56,943 bases of DNA from Prorocentrum cordatum. Taxonomy: Eukaryota. Location: the NCBI GenBank assembly GCA_963575745.1, contig CAUYUJ010000052.1, positions 62,001 through 118,943 of the forward strand. Direction: 5' to 3'. The notes beneath the pieces are model-generated. The model was not told where the DNA came from. It was given only the letters and a program-made list of their open reading frames with translations, and searched no databases. Positions 38,530-50,596 of this stretch are shown piece by piece (position 1 is the first letter of the stretch; each line of letters begins with the position of its first letter). A program made the translations under genes and the position numbers.

Positions 38530-39599
38530 CGACCGGCGTGTGGGTTCTGGCCCCCCCCCTGCCCTTGAACAGGGACGACCGTCGCGGCATCCCTGTAGTC
38601 CTACCACGACATGTTCCCAGATCCCACAAATGTTCTAAGAACGAAAGCAGTGTTCTCAGAACATGAACCCGATGTGATAAAACAAGACAGGCTCCGCCAG
38701 AAATGTTCTAAGAACATTTCGTGGAAACCACAAAAGGTTCTTAGAACATTGCTTGGTAGGGCTATTGGCGAGCCAGGACGCTTCGCCTCTGCTTGAAGCC
38801 CAGCTGTTGGTCGTGGGGGGTGGTGCGCGTCGTTGGCTCTCGGGCGGCGGCCCGTGCGGCGACCCTCCCGGCAGCCAATGGCCAGCGGAGGGCGGTGGTC
38901 CGGCCACGACGGTTTGGAACGGCTCCCAGCGGTCCCTCTTGAGGTCATCCCGCGGCCCGCGATCCCCTCTGCTCGCCATCGCTCGGACGTCTATTCCCCG
39001 TGCATGGTTCGGTGTCGTGCTTGCTTGTTTTTGGCCAGATGGTCCAGGATGCTCCTCGAAGGTCCCCGCCGACAACAAAATCACACGTCCGAGCTACGTC
39101 AAGTCTCGGTCGCTCTCCCTCGTGGGCCCCATGGACCTTCTGCCTCCTCTGGGGAGCCCCCCCGAGGCCCCGCCCGACCAGGAGAAACCCAGGGAAACCT
39201 GAACTTTTAGAGGTCTTCGCCCGTGGTGGGCATAGGTCTTCAGGGCGGAGGATTTCATTTCAGCCGACTCCTTCCTCAGTTGTTCTTCCTGTGGGAGCAA
39301 CTCGACGGAGAGCGAGGGGGGGGGAGTGAGAAGGGGTGGGTCTTCTCAGAAGGCTCGGAAGTCACCCGAAGACACAGAAAGCCTCTCAGAAGGCGCGATG
39401 GTTTCTGGAAAGCCCCGCCGCCTTCTGAAAAGGCCTTTTCCTGTTCATTTCCACCCTTTCGTCGCCGCCGACCATCCGTTTCCCCTGCGGGAGCTGTGCC
39501 CGCGGCTCCAGCAAGATGCCCGCCAGATGGGTGAGTTCACGAACAGTGCGCTGGCAGACCCAGCAGAGGCCGCGGCGCTTCGCAGGGCAACCAATTGTC

Positions 39600-41238
39600 T
39601 CGCACTGTCTAAACAGAGTGATCGAACTGGCCGCCAAAGAAATGGAGCGCCGGACTTCGACCGTGGAGCCCAAGCAGCGAATTGAAGCCCTTTGGGCGGA
39701 GGCAGCAGACTCGGAAAATGGCGGGGGCCACGGCTTCGGGGTCGTTCAGAGCGGCGCACTGCGGTAAACTCCCCCAGGGCTGTCGTTCAGCGCGAGGGGG
39801 CCATGGCGTCCAGGATGGCCTGCCAGCGGGCCTGAGGCCAGGTGGTAACCCGAAAGCAACGCGAGGTGCATCTTGAGGGCTCCCCACTCTGGCAAGCACA
39901 CCACGCGGCGCCTTGAAACGCCAAACAACAGACTGAACAGCAGCACGACCAGGCCCAGCTTGTCGAAGGGTTCCCACCTGCTCCAGATGATCTGCTAAAC
40001 GTAGCGGCTGTCGAAACGGCTGTCCCACATAAAGAGAGATCCGCGCTTCTCGCAAAGCACCTTTCAACCACAATCTCGACGGATAACATCCGCATTCTGC
40101 CTGTCCGCGCAACTTGGGGGGGGGCGCGATCACGCAGTGACCATCAATATGTTCACGGGGTGAAGCGCTCTTAGGGCCCGGCGTTCTTGAATACACATCA
40201 TGCACCACGGGAGGTGTCTGAGGAACTCTGGCCAACCCCTCGGCGAGACCACTGTCACATTCCAGCTCAGAAGGCACGACTGGTCAAGCATTGCTCGCTG
40301 TCGCCAGTTCCTCTGCGCCCTCGCGAGATCCTGTCACGGCGTCGCCTTGGACAGGATCTCTTGCGCGTGCGAGTCGAGCTTGAGGTCCAGGCGAATGTCG
40401 GCAAGCAGTGCCGTCGCCGTCGGGCACACCGTCATGAGGTGTGCCTCGCGGTCCGACTGCTTGGGCCTCTCTGGCGGCCGTTGCCAGGCAGTGCGCTGGG
40501 GGGGAAGATCACCTCGCCCTGTCATTCGCAATGTCGAAAGCGGGGCCAGAAGTTCCCGGCTGATGGTTGGGGATGGCGATGGCCAGCTGCTCCTTCAGAG
40601 TTCGCGCTGCCTCCACCTACTGCGTGCTGACCCCGAGCTCCTGGCCGACGCTATCGATATTGTGCCACGAGGTCTGGCGCGATGGGTCACGGCGCTGGCC
40701 ACCGTCGAACTCCGGGCCTTTGATTGCTTTCAACACGGTCCACATCTCGTCCGAAGAAACATTACGAATCTTGAGACGTTTGAAGTAGCTTCCAGTACCC
40801 GCTATCCTGTCGTAGGCGACGGCCCTCGTCTTGAGCTCCTGCTTCAAGGGCTCAAACAAGACATCTGGGGACTCGCACGTCCAGCCTCCTACGCACAACC
40901 CCGCGGCGGCTCACTGGAATGAGCGCTTCCGTCGAGGTTGTCGATTGCGCCGCGGGCAACGCCGTCGGCAACGGTGCGTGCAGGTGGGGCCCCTCCGCCT
41001 CGACGTGCTTCCATCCCCGCACGTCGCCTTTCGAAGTCCTGCTGTTGTATGCGAAACTCCTCCTGCTTGGCCTTCCCCTGAGAGGCGTCCTTCGTCGCGC
41101 CGTCCGCATGCTCCGTCAAAATCTCAACCTGAGCTCTTTGCCGAGCGGTCGCATCCTTGACCATCCCGCCCACGGCCTTGAGGAGGCGCGCCTGGGCGTC
41201 GTCCAAGCCGCGCTCCGGCGCGCGGGCGACGGCGTATG
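39600..41238 (-). pseudogene. Decayed coding region, coiled-coil N-terminus, possibly retroelement ORF1/gag-like
   Basis: Protein-like minus-strand fragments 40889-41206, 40617-40898 (..WTVLKAIKG..SWHNIDS), 40334-40531 and 39609-40277. No catalytic motif recognised. Confidence 0.35.
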
Positions 41239-41416
41239 ACTCCGCGATCCGCGGCTGAGAGGCTGCGACTTTGCGGCGCTGCCTCCGCTCTGCGCGGAAC
41301 GATCTGGGCCCTACTCCTCTTGAGCAGGGACTGACCGTCCCGGCATTCCTATAGGCCTACCACGACATGTTCTTAGAACCCAATAGCGTTCGAATGAACA
41401 AATTATCCCAGTGCGA

Positions 41417-41998
41417 CCCTACCTAGGAGTTGGAACCCCTAGGAAAGCAGCATTAGTAGTAACAGTAACGCTAAGCTAAAGCTAAGCTAAAGCTAAGCTA
41501 AAGCTAAGCCACAGCTAAGCTAAAGTTAAGCTAAAGCTAAGCTAAAGCTAAGCTAAAGCTAAGCTAAAGCTAAGCTAAAGCTAAGCTAAAGCTAAGATAA
41601 AGCTGAGCAACAGCTAAGCTAAAGCTGAGCTACAGCTAAGCTAAAGCTAAGCTAACGCTAAGGTAAAGCTAAGCTAAAGCTAAGCTAAAGCTAAGCTAAA
41701 GCTAAGCTAAAGCTAAGCTAAAGCTAAAGCTAAGCTACAGCTAAGCTAAAGCTTCGCTAAAGCTAAGCTAAACGCTAAGCTAAACGCTAAGCGAAACGCT
41801 AAGCGAAAAGCTAAGCTAAAGCTAAGCTACAGCTAAGCTACAGCTAAGCTAAAGCTAAGCTAAAGCTAAGCTAAAGCTAAAGCTAAAGCGAAAGCTAAAG
41901 CTCCCAGGGGACCGGGGGAACCGCCCGGGGCGCTTTGCACTGCCCGGCCCCTTTAAGCTAAGAGAGTAAGAACCCTTCTAGGCAGAGCCTAGGTAGGG
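41417..41998. mobile_element. 582-bp non-autonomous element filled with (GCTAAAGCTAA)n satellite
   Basis: Perfect 11-bp TIR CCCTACCTAGG / CCTAGGTAGGG, 2-bp GA duplication (41415-41416 and 41999-42000). 11-mer array at ~41470-41902. Confidence 0.8.
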
Positions 41999-42367
41999 GA
42001 CAAAATACTCTTAGAACATGACTTACCCCCATGTGTTCGAACAAGACCATGTCGGCCAAAGATGTTCTGTGAACATTTCGTGCACACCACAAAAGGTTAT
42101 CAGAACATTATCTGGTGCGCCGACAGGCCGGCCAGGACGCTTCGCCACTGCTTGATCCTCTCCGCGACTACCCGCCATCACCAGACAAAACCATCGGCCC
42201 CCTGAAGACGGGGCCCGCGCCTCCGGCCGGGACCTGAGCCTCGGGAGCAGACGCGGCGCAGGGGAGCATGGCGCATCAGGTAAGAGAACGGCGAGAGACA
42301 GGAAGGACTGTAGCGTTAGGTCGAGCATGCCCCCCTGCAAGGGGGGTCTTGGACGACGAACAATCAT

Positions 42368-42564
42368 CGGGGAGACGTAAGACCCGGGTACGGGGGACTC
42401 GGAAATCCCCGACGAGGTCGTCAAAAAAATGACGAGGCCGAGCCTGCATTTTGACGAGGCCTCCCGCTGCAGACATCCCACAAAACTCCTCCTCGTCAAA
42501 ATCCGAGTCGCGGTCGTCAAAAAACGATGGCGAACCCGAGTCCCGGCAAACCCGGGTCCCCCCC
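42368..42564. mobile_element. MITE family D, copy 2
   Basis: Near-identical to 4128-4318. Confidence 0.8.
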
Positions 42565-42798
42565 GTCGCTGAGCATGTGCGGCATGTCATGTCCCAGGTC
42601 CCTGGCCGTTCCATTTTTCGGTGTATGTATTATAAGATTGGAGCCAAGACCAACCGTCGTATTGATCTTCTCCGCTCCCTCTGCTGCTCCGCTCGCCTTC
42701 GGGCCACTGAGGGTACGCCTGTACCCGTGCCTGCGCAGCCTCAAGGGGGGGTTGGCGATCACCTCACTCCCGAAGTGCCGTGAGTCAACTCCGCGCTC

Positions 42799-42840
42799 GG
42801 GAGCGCCGGGGAGCGCCAGGGAGCGCCAGGTAGCGCGGGG

Positions 42841-42876
<36 letters not shown>

Positions 42877-42893
42877 CGGGGAGCGCCGGGGAA

Positions 42894-42926
<33 letters not shown>

Positions 42927-42970
42927 CAGGGAGCGCCTGGGAGCGCCAGGGAGCGCCTGGGAGCGCTTGG
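42799..42970. repeat. (GGGAGCGCCT)n 10-mer satellite
   Basis: About 17 copies seen directly. Confidence 0.95.
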
Positions 42971-44771
42971 AGCCATTTGGGAATTTAGGGGTCCCTGGGG
43001 CCTCCGACGGAGCCGAGGGGTGTGACCTCCCAGCTCGGTCGGGGAGTCCTGGCAGCGGGGGCCTCGGACCCGACCACGGAGGGGTGCACTCTGGGGCCGA
43101 GGCTGCTCACGCTGGGAGAGGCACTGGCAGCCTCGCTGCTCCCTCTTCCATCCTCCCTCCTCCCTCCCTCCCTCCCTCCTCCCTCCTCCCTCCTGATTCC
43201 CTTCTCCTTCCTCCCTCCTCCCTCCTCCCTCCCTCCTCCATCCTCCCTCCCTCCTCCCTCCTCCCTCCTCCTTCCTCCCTCCTCCATCCTCCACCCTCCC
43301 TCCTCCCTGCTCCCGTTTTCGTTGACGTGTCGGATCTGTCTCGGTCCGCGTGTCGTCCGCGTCGTTCGTTGAGTTCGTCGTCCTCTCGTTCGGACGGTGG
43401 TGGTCGTAGGGTTCGGCCCCGTGTCACCTTTGACCCCATAGAGTTGGTCAAGACACCTGACCAGGGTAGGCTGGACGGGGCCATCCACGTCCTTGGCTCT
43501 GCCGAGCCTGAAGGCTCCTGTCACCCTGATAAGAGACGATGCATAGGAAGCAAGGGGCTTAACTCTAGACCCACCCTTGCTTCCAGCACGGTCCCCCGCT
43601 GTGCCGTGCCGAGTACGGGCCCCGTCCCCGCGGACGCTGCCAGGGGCCGTCGGCTCTGGGTGGCGCCCTCCCAGGTGGTGTTGTGTGTGTGTCCTGCGGG
43701 TTTTTCACAGCAGGCACGGCGGGGCACCTCCTGGTGGACTGTGTATCGTGCCAGCCTGGCCACTCGCCCTCTGAGAGGGCCAAGCGAAACCGTAAGCAGT
43801 TTCTCGCTGGGTTTCACCCAGCCGACGAGGGCCGCTCGGATTCCAGGCGGATGCAGGCGCCGCGGCCCCTCTTGGGCGGCTCCGACCCCGAGGTCCATTG
43901 GGTCAGGCTTCGTCGTTTCTCGCGGGTTGAGGGGGAGCAAGGCAGCACAGTTGAGCACCACTGGGTGCTCCATGCTGCCTTTCACATTTTGTCGCTCCCT
44001 CTCTCCCCTCACTTCCTTACCCTTCATTTGCGCCTGCAGTGCACCCCGAGAGCCTTTAAGTGGGGGCGCATTGGTTTTCAGGCGCCTGAGCGGCCACCGT
44101 GCGGCTGCTCTTGCTGTCGAGCGCGCCTTGCGCCCATTGGAGCGCGGCGTCCGCCAACGAGTGCGGTATCCTCCTCCTCCTCCTCCTCCTCCTCCTCCTC
44201 CTCCTCCTCCTCCTCCTCCTCCTCCTCCTCCTCCCCTCCTCTTCCTCATCGGCCTCCCCCTCCTCCTTCGCAACCTCCTGGCCCTCCATATTCCTATCGA
44301 GCCATCGGGTCCCCTCCTTCATCGGCGCCTGCTCCTACAACCCCCTGGAACACGACCACCTCCGCATCCCCCTCCTCATCGTCGTCGTCGTCCTCCTCCT
44401 CCTCCTGGCCATCCTGCCCATCGTCCTTTTTCCCCGCGCTCTCTCTCTCTCTCTCGTCCTCTTCCTCTCCCACCTCCACCGCCTCCTTCTCCTGCTTCTC
44501 CTGCTTCTCCTCCTCCTCCTCCTCCTCCTCCTCCTCCTTCTCTTCCTCGTGATCCTCCCTCCCTCCTTCCTCCCTCCTCCCCTCCCTGCCCTCTCCCTCC
44601 CTCCCTCCTCCCTCCCTGTTCCCTCCCGTGTCCCCTCCCTCCCTCCTCCCTGCCCCATCCCACCCTCCTTCCTCCTTCGATACTCTACACGAGGACCGTT
44701 GGTGAGCGGACACCGACAAGAGAATGTGCACACGAGGGCAAGGTGACCCATGATGTGTGTGTATCCGAGGT

Positions 44772-45610
44772 GAAATGTGTCGCCCGGGTGCGGTTATGGC
44801 TGCGGTTGCGCAGGTGCGTTGAAATGTGTCGCCCGGTTGCGGTTGCGGTTGCGCGGCTGGGTTGGAATTTGTCGCCCTAATGCGGTTGCGGTTGCGCGCG
44901 CGGGCGGCTTGAAATGTGTCGCCAAATTGCGATTGCGGTTGCGCTTGCGCGGGCGGGTTGACATGCGTCGCCCGGTTGCGGTTGCGGTTGCGGTTGCGCG
45001 AGCGGGTTGATTTGTCACCGAGTTGCGGTTGAGGTTAGGCGCGCGGGCGGTCTGAAATGTGTCGCCTGGTTGCGGTGGCGCTTGCGCGCGCGCGGGTTGA
45101 AATGCGTGGCCTAATTGCGGTTGCGGTTGCGCGCGCGGGCGGGTTGAAATGCATGGCCCAGCTGTTTTTGCGGTTGCGGTTGCGCGGGCGGTCTGAAATG
45201 CGTCGCCCGGTTGCGGTTGCGGTTGCGCGCGCGCGGGCGGTTTGAAATGCATCGCCCACTTGCGATTGCGGTTGCGCGGGCGGGTTGACACGCGTCGCCC
45301 TGTTGCGTTTGCGGTCGCGCGAGCGGGTTGGAATCTGTCGCCCGGTTGCGCTCGTGGTTGCGGATGCGCGGGTGGTTTGACATGCGTCGCCCGGTCGCGG
45401 TTGCGGTTGCGCAGGATGATTAAAATGCGTCGCCCGGTTGCGGTTGCGGTTGCGCGCGCGGGCGGGTTGAAATGCGTCGCGCGGTTGCGGTTGCGGTTGC
45501 GCGCGCGCGGGCAGATTGTCGTGCGTCGCCCGCCTGCGCTGGTGGTTGCGGTTGCGCGGGCGGGTTGACATGTGTCGCCCGACTGCGGTTGCGCGTTCGG
45601 GGCGGGTTGG
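44772..45610. repeat. ~45-60-bp minisatellite (GAAATGCGTCGCCCGGTTGCGGTTGCGCGCGCGGGCGGGTT)
   Basis: About 16 degenerate copies. Confidence 0.9.
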
Positions 45611-46549
45611 AGCTCGTTGTCAGGAGTGCTCTCCTGACGTTCCGTCAGTCAGTCAGTCACTCAGTCAATCGCTCACGCCGGCGGGCACGGAAATCCATCC
45701 GGCTCCGCCGGGGGAAAATGTCAGGAACATGTAAAAATGCTCCGAAGTGTTTGAAAAATCGCCCCCAAACAATTGTTTGACTAGATTTTCATTCCCACTG
45801 TAGAGGGACACGCCCGACTTGACTGAGCGGGCGAGCGCGGCTAAAACTGAAGCCTGCACGCCCAGAAGTTTCTCGAGCCGGAGCGGCGGCAGCGGCGCGG
45901 GGGGAGGCTGCGGCGCAGGAAAGAGGGCCGACAGCTCTAGGCGCGGTTGAGTTTGATAATTTGGAGGCGTCGCAAACAAAATGCACTGGTCTCCAATACT
46001 TCACGCAGGACAGCGCGTGGCAAGAGATGTTGGAGGTAGGAGAGGGGCGCGGCGCCAATGGGTGCAGCGCCAATCGTGGAAATGGAGATGCTATCAACGA
46101 TGAATCGCATCGCAGGTTCAGCATTGGCACCGCGCCCCTTCATGCCGCGCCTCTTTCTGACCTTCAGAGAGAACAAGGAAACGAACCCTCGCGACAATGA
46201 TGCCGATTTGCCAGCAGCAGATGCAGCTGCTTCAGATGGCGCCAGAGAGAAATGCAGTTCCGAGGATCTCGACCCCGGCGAGCTGGAGGCGCCCGAGCCA
46301 AGGAAAAAACATTTCGACGCACTCAATGCCAAGATGGTTGAGCCCCACAGCACGAAGCAGGCGCGACCCTTGCAGTGCAGGAGTAGGAGCGCGGGATCAG
46401 CGGCGCAATGGGGATCCACGCGGCGGCAACGCGAGCGAGGGCGCACGACCCACGCCTCCTGCGAAGCCGACTTCCGAGCGCGCCGGTGGCGCGGCACCGC
46501 GCCCGCCCGATCAAGGAACCTGCGCCCCAGAGAAGATTGAACGTCAAAG

Positions 46550-49500
46550 TGATGAGAAGGGCCCTCTGTTGCCGTTGGTCACGCGCGTTCGTCTGAGGTG
46601 CCCCCCGCCAGCTCAGCCCGTCGGTCGTGCGACCCCCTGCGAGCACGCGGACGCTTTGAACTGCGGCGGTGGCAAGAAACACTCTTACCAAAAGGTTGAA
46701 GGCAACGCGCGCGATTGTGCTGATAGGTCTAGACTTAGGACACGCAGGGGAAGTTGTTGGCCCCGATTAAAAAAGGCTTGAACGCAATGTTCGGTGGATT
46801 GCTCATGGGCGCAGGCGTCGAGAGCTGAAACTGATGGTGCTTGCAGCCGTTCAAGTATTCAGATCACTGCCGAAAGCTCTGAACACTATGGAATTATCCC
46901 CCGTGTCTCGCCTCGTGAAAAGTGTCGATTTTCACTTTCCCACTCCATTGTCGAAGCTCGTGTTCAATGTACGACGAGCTCCTCGAGCGACGCGGCTACG
47001 CCAGCACAACTCGGGCGGGATTGCGCGTGCAGAACGCGGGCTTCCAGCGGGTGATTTATGGCAATGGCGCCGAACGTGGCACGGCAACTGTCGACTGATT
47101 CGCCCCGCGCCAAACACATTGACAGTTCACGTTGAACACAGATGACTATGTAATAGAACATTTAACCAGTGATCGTGGGACAACTACAAATCTTGCGGTC
47201 AACTCTGGCAAATCATTCCAATTTGAAAATAGAATGATCAACGCTGGCATCAATGCCGAGATTGCGGTTGTTGCCAGCGAGGTTGAGCGTGACCGCGACA
47301 TTGCCCAAAGGCTGGGACTTGCCCAAACAGTTGCGAGGGCGCCAAGGACTTATCTTGGAGAAGACGACGCAGCAAGTGCTAAGCGTTCGGCTGCGCGTGC
47401 CCGCGTCAAACAGCGTTCTCGCCACGCGGTACGAAGCTCCGAGTCAAGTGTAACAATCGTTTCAAATCGCGAGCCCCGGCTGAAGAGGCCGAGCTTAGCT
47501 TGGCCAAATAGTTGTGCACTGGCGTCGCCTTATGGTTACGAGGTTGCGGTTTTCCCTGGCGCCGGGGCTCAACGCTTTGCGCGGGCGCCAGGCTCGACGA
47601 CTACCCCAAACTCATTCGGCACGGTGAATTGGACACTCGAACTGCTGTGGGTCCTCCCCTGCAGAGGTGCAGGATGCTCTGACACTCCCAGAAAAATAAC
47701 TCCTCGAACCTGCATTCCGTTTTCTAATCCTACTACGGGTGTGCGAACAGGCTCGTGCCAGCGAGGCTAGTCACTGGAGGTCTAGGAAGGGCCCCTTGCG
47801 AGAGCTGCCATGTCGGCTAAATTTGGTGAGTGGAAGGTTGCCCAGGGAAAGCAGCGGGTTGACCAGTGAGGCAACACTGCAGACATCAGCGCGACACAGC
47901 CATGGCTGCTTCTGGGTGTATGACGTGATGGGCTTCTGAGAAAAGCTGACTTTCAAACTGCTAGTGGTCTTGAGCATCCAGCATGTGCGCGGGCCGCGTT
48001 TGCTCTTGAATTCCCGTGCATGTGCACGCGTGGCAAGCAACAGTCGCGACAACAAGAATTCGTAATTGTTGTGTGTGCGTGTGATGCGATGTGAACTGAG
48101 ACTGGTGCGGTGACCCGGAACACTTCATGGAAAATATCTACCAGTGCGGAAGGCGTCACACCATCCATCAATGCTTGCTCGTTCGCACGCGTGCTGAAGT
48201 TGTTAAAACGAAACCGAGCTTGGTGCGATTGCCGAAAAAATCTAAGGAAAAGGGCATCAAGCAATGATCATGTTTTCACTCGGGGGTTGTTTGTTCTTCG
48301 GGATGATGGCGCGCGCCCTCCGTCCACCAGTGCGCCGTGCGAGATTGTGGATGGCACAGGAGCTGGTTCGAACATGCAACGCGAAGAATTGTCTGCCCTT
48401 GCAAGAGGTGCAAGCACCCTCGAACTGGCTGCCGACGGTAAGTGAACCAAGCAGGCCCTCCGCTGCCTCCACAAAGCCTCGTGGGCGATTGCTCTGCTAG
48501 CATCAGGCACAGATGCTCCCTTGGGCGCCTCAAATGGAATCGTCCAGTGAAGACTACTCGCAATCCCCAGCGGTGGCTGACAATGCAGCAGCTGCGTTGT
48601 GCGGGCAAGCAGCACATCGGTCCAACTACGTCGCATTGGACTGCAACGCAGCGACTTGTCAGATACAGCGTCGCCTCAGCAAGCAGCTTATGGGACCGAC
48701 AAGTGTGCGGCTGCCAGGAGGCTTGCAAAGGGCTGGCTGGGAATCGGTTTGTCCACGTTCCACGTGGAGGCCCACAGGGACTTCGAAACCCTTGAGGGGA
48801 TTGAAAATAATGGGCGTCGGTCCTGTGTTTTTAATTCCGCTGTGGATTCGGCAACCGAAAAAGGCCATAGATGACCACCCGAGGCCCAGCTCAAAATTGT
48901 TAGAGAACGTTGAACTGTATCAAGGCCGTGCTACTATGTCTGTGCAGCTTGTTTCGGCGGTCCTTCCGTTGCTTTAGATTGACTACATCATGTGGGCGCG
49001 GGCCTGTTGTTCTCCCATCCCCGCAGTCGGCAGAATAAAGTCTGGCACTTGCGGCGACGATCAAAAGTGGGAATGCAATGTCGAATGTGCTGGATGCTTT
49101 CTGATCGACCCGCCAGGCCTGTGCGTGTGTGTAGGGGGCCCACCTCCTGCTCCCCAGAAGCTGCTGTGAGAACCCAATGGCCACCTTCTCGCGGCTGTTC
49201 CGGGTGCGGCTCCTGAACCTCTTGAAACCCTGTGATCTTCGGGGGCCAGCGGTGATCTTTACTGTGAGAGCAGCAAGTTCTGTGTTTCAGTTGTGGGGGC
49301 TGGGGTCAAGGGAGAGCCGTGCAACTCGCTGAGGTCTGCACGAAGCCAACACGAAATGGACTGGACGTCCAGAGCAAGTTCCGCCCAGGGTTCGGACCCA
49401 GCATGCGTGTTAGAGCAGTTCTGGATAAAGCGTTGACGTGGAACTAGGTTCAGCTGAGCCCGAAATTGCTATCACCTCGATTCCGCTGGCTTTCTCGGAT

Positions 49501-49550
49501 GCTCCCACAGCCCGTGCCCACGATCAGCGTATGGCAGCCGTTGTCGTCAG
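46550..49550 (-). pseudogene. Heavily decayed DIRS-like retrotransposon pol region (RT) with possible upstream C5-methyltransferase remnant
   Basis: Minus-strand motifs in RT order: PNEFGVV..AKR (~47570-47620), LD..SYRV, QPLGNVAVTLN (PFG-like), NWNDLP (YxDD-like), AGVAASL. Upstream: IVAASARLYSA..G..HD, AFFGC, PLKGFEVPVGL. Boundaries approximate. Confidence 0.45.
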
Positions 49551-49719
49551 AATCAAGGCCAAAGAAGAGGCCCGTTCTTCACGGACAATATCAGAGTGAA
49601 GGGGGCCGAACGGTCATTCATTGTCCCTGGGTGCGTGGCTGCATACGGAACTCTTGGTGAGAATTCTGTTTGTTGCGTTGTCGCTGTTGTTGTTGGAATT
49701 GTTGTTTGTTGTCGTCGTC

Positions 49720-49998
49720 CCACCCCGCGACCCATCCGCGACCCGACCCGCGACCCACCCCGCGACCCACCCCGCGACCCACCCCGCGACCCACCCGCGA
49801 CCCAACCCGCGACCCACCCGCGACCCCCCCCGCGACCCAACCCGCGACCCACCCGCGACCCACCCGCGACCTACCCCGCGACTCACCCGCGACACCCGCG
49901 ACCTACCCCGCGACTCACCCGCGACCCACCCCGCGACCCATCCGCGACCCATCCGCGACCCACCCGCGATCCGCCCCGCAACCCACCTGCGACCCACC
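49720..49998. repeat. (CCCGCGACCCA)n 11-12-mer satellite
   Basis: Seen directly. Two to three more copies at 50165-50194. Confidence 0.95.
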
Positions 49999-50437
49999 CT
50001 CAAGGGAGGAGAAACCACCCAGACCCGACACTGGACGTTTACTAAAAAAACCCTGGGCGTTTACTAACCAGCCCTGCCCTGTTCGATTCATTCCGTGTGG
50101 GCGTTTACAAAACGGCTTCGCTTGTCGGGGAGATTACTATGGGGGGGGGGTTCTGCCCTCTACACCCGCGACCCACCCGCGACCCACCCGCGACTTACTT
50201 ACCCGCATTGGTTTAACGAACAACTCGGCGCCTGCGGCGGGCGTCCTCCAGAGTCTCGCAAACAGCCGACGTCCCCACCGCCCCCTCACTCTGATCCGCA
50301 CATGCGGGGTGCTGCGTAACTCGGGCGGGTCCCCCCCCTCGTCTTGGTGGTGTCACCTCCCGAGCTTACCCCTCCTCCCCCCCTTGCTCCCTCCTCCTCC
50401 TGCCCCTCGTCCCTCATCCCTGCTGCCCCCCCCTCAC

Positions 50438-50596
50438 CTAGGGCTCACAACTTCGCGCTTCGCGCTGCGCGAAGCGCGAATAACTTCGCGCTCTCGCGCC
50501 GCCCTCCCAAAGGGAGAATAGGAGGACGAGGAGGAGGGGGAGAAGGAACGAGGACCGCGAAGCGCGAATAACTTCGCGCCCTCGAGGGAGCCCTTG
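50438..50596. mobile_element. MITE family B, copy 3
   Basis: CTCAC duplication. Confidence 0.9.

Noticed and set aside
41470..41902. Telomeric repeat
   Set aside because: The unit is GCTAAAGCTAA, not CCCTAAA, and it is enclosed by TIRs.
42967..44880. 637-aa Pro/Ser-rich ORF
   Set aside because: Spans CCT microsatellites and unrelated segments. No recognisable domain.
44772..45610. Repeat-spacer array
   Set aside because: The variable parts are GGTTGC/GC copy-number variants, not unique spacers. This is a minisatellite.
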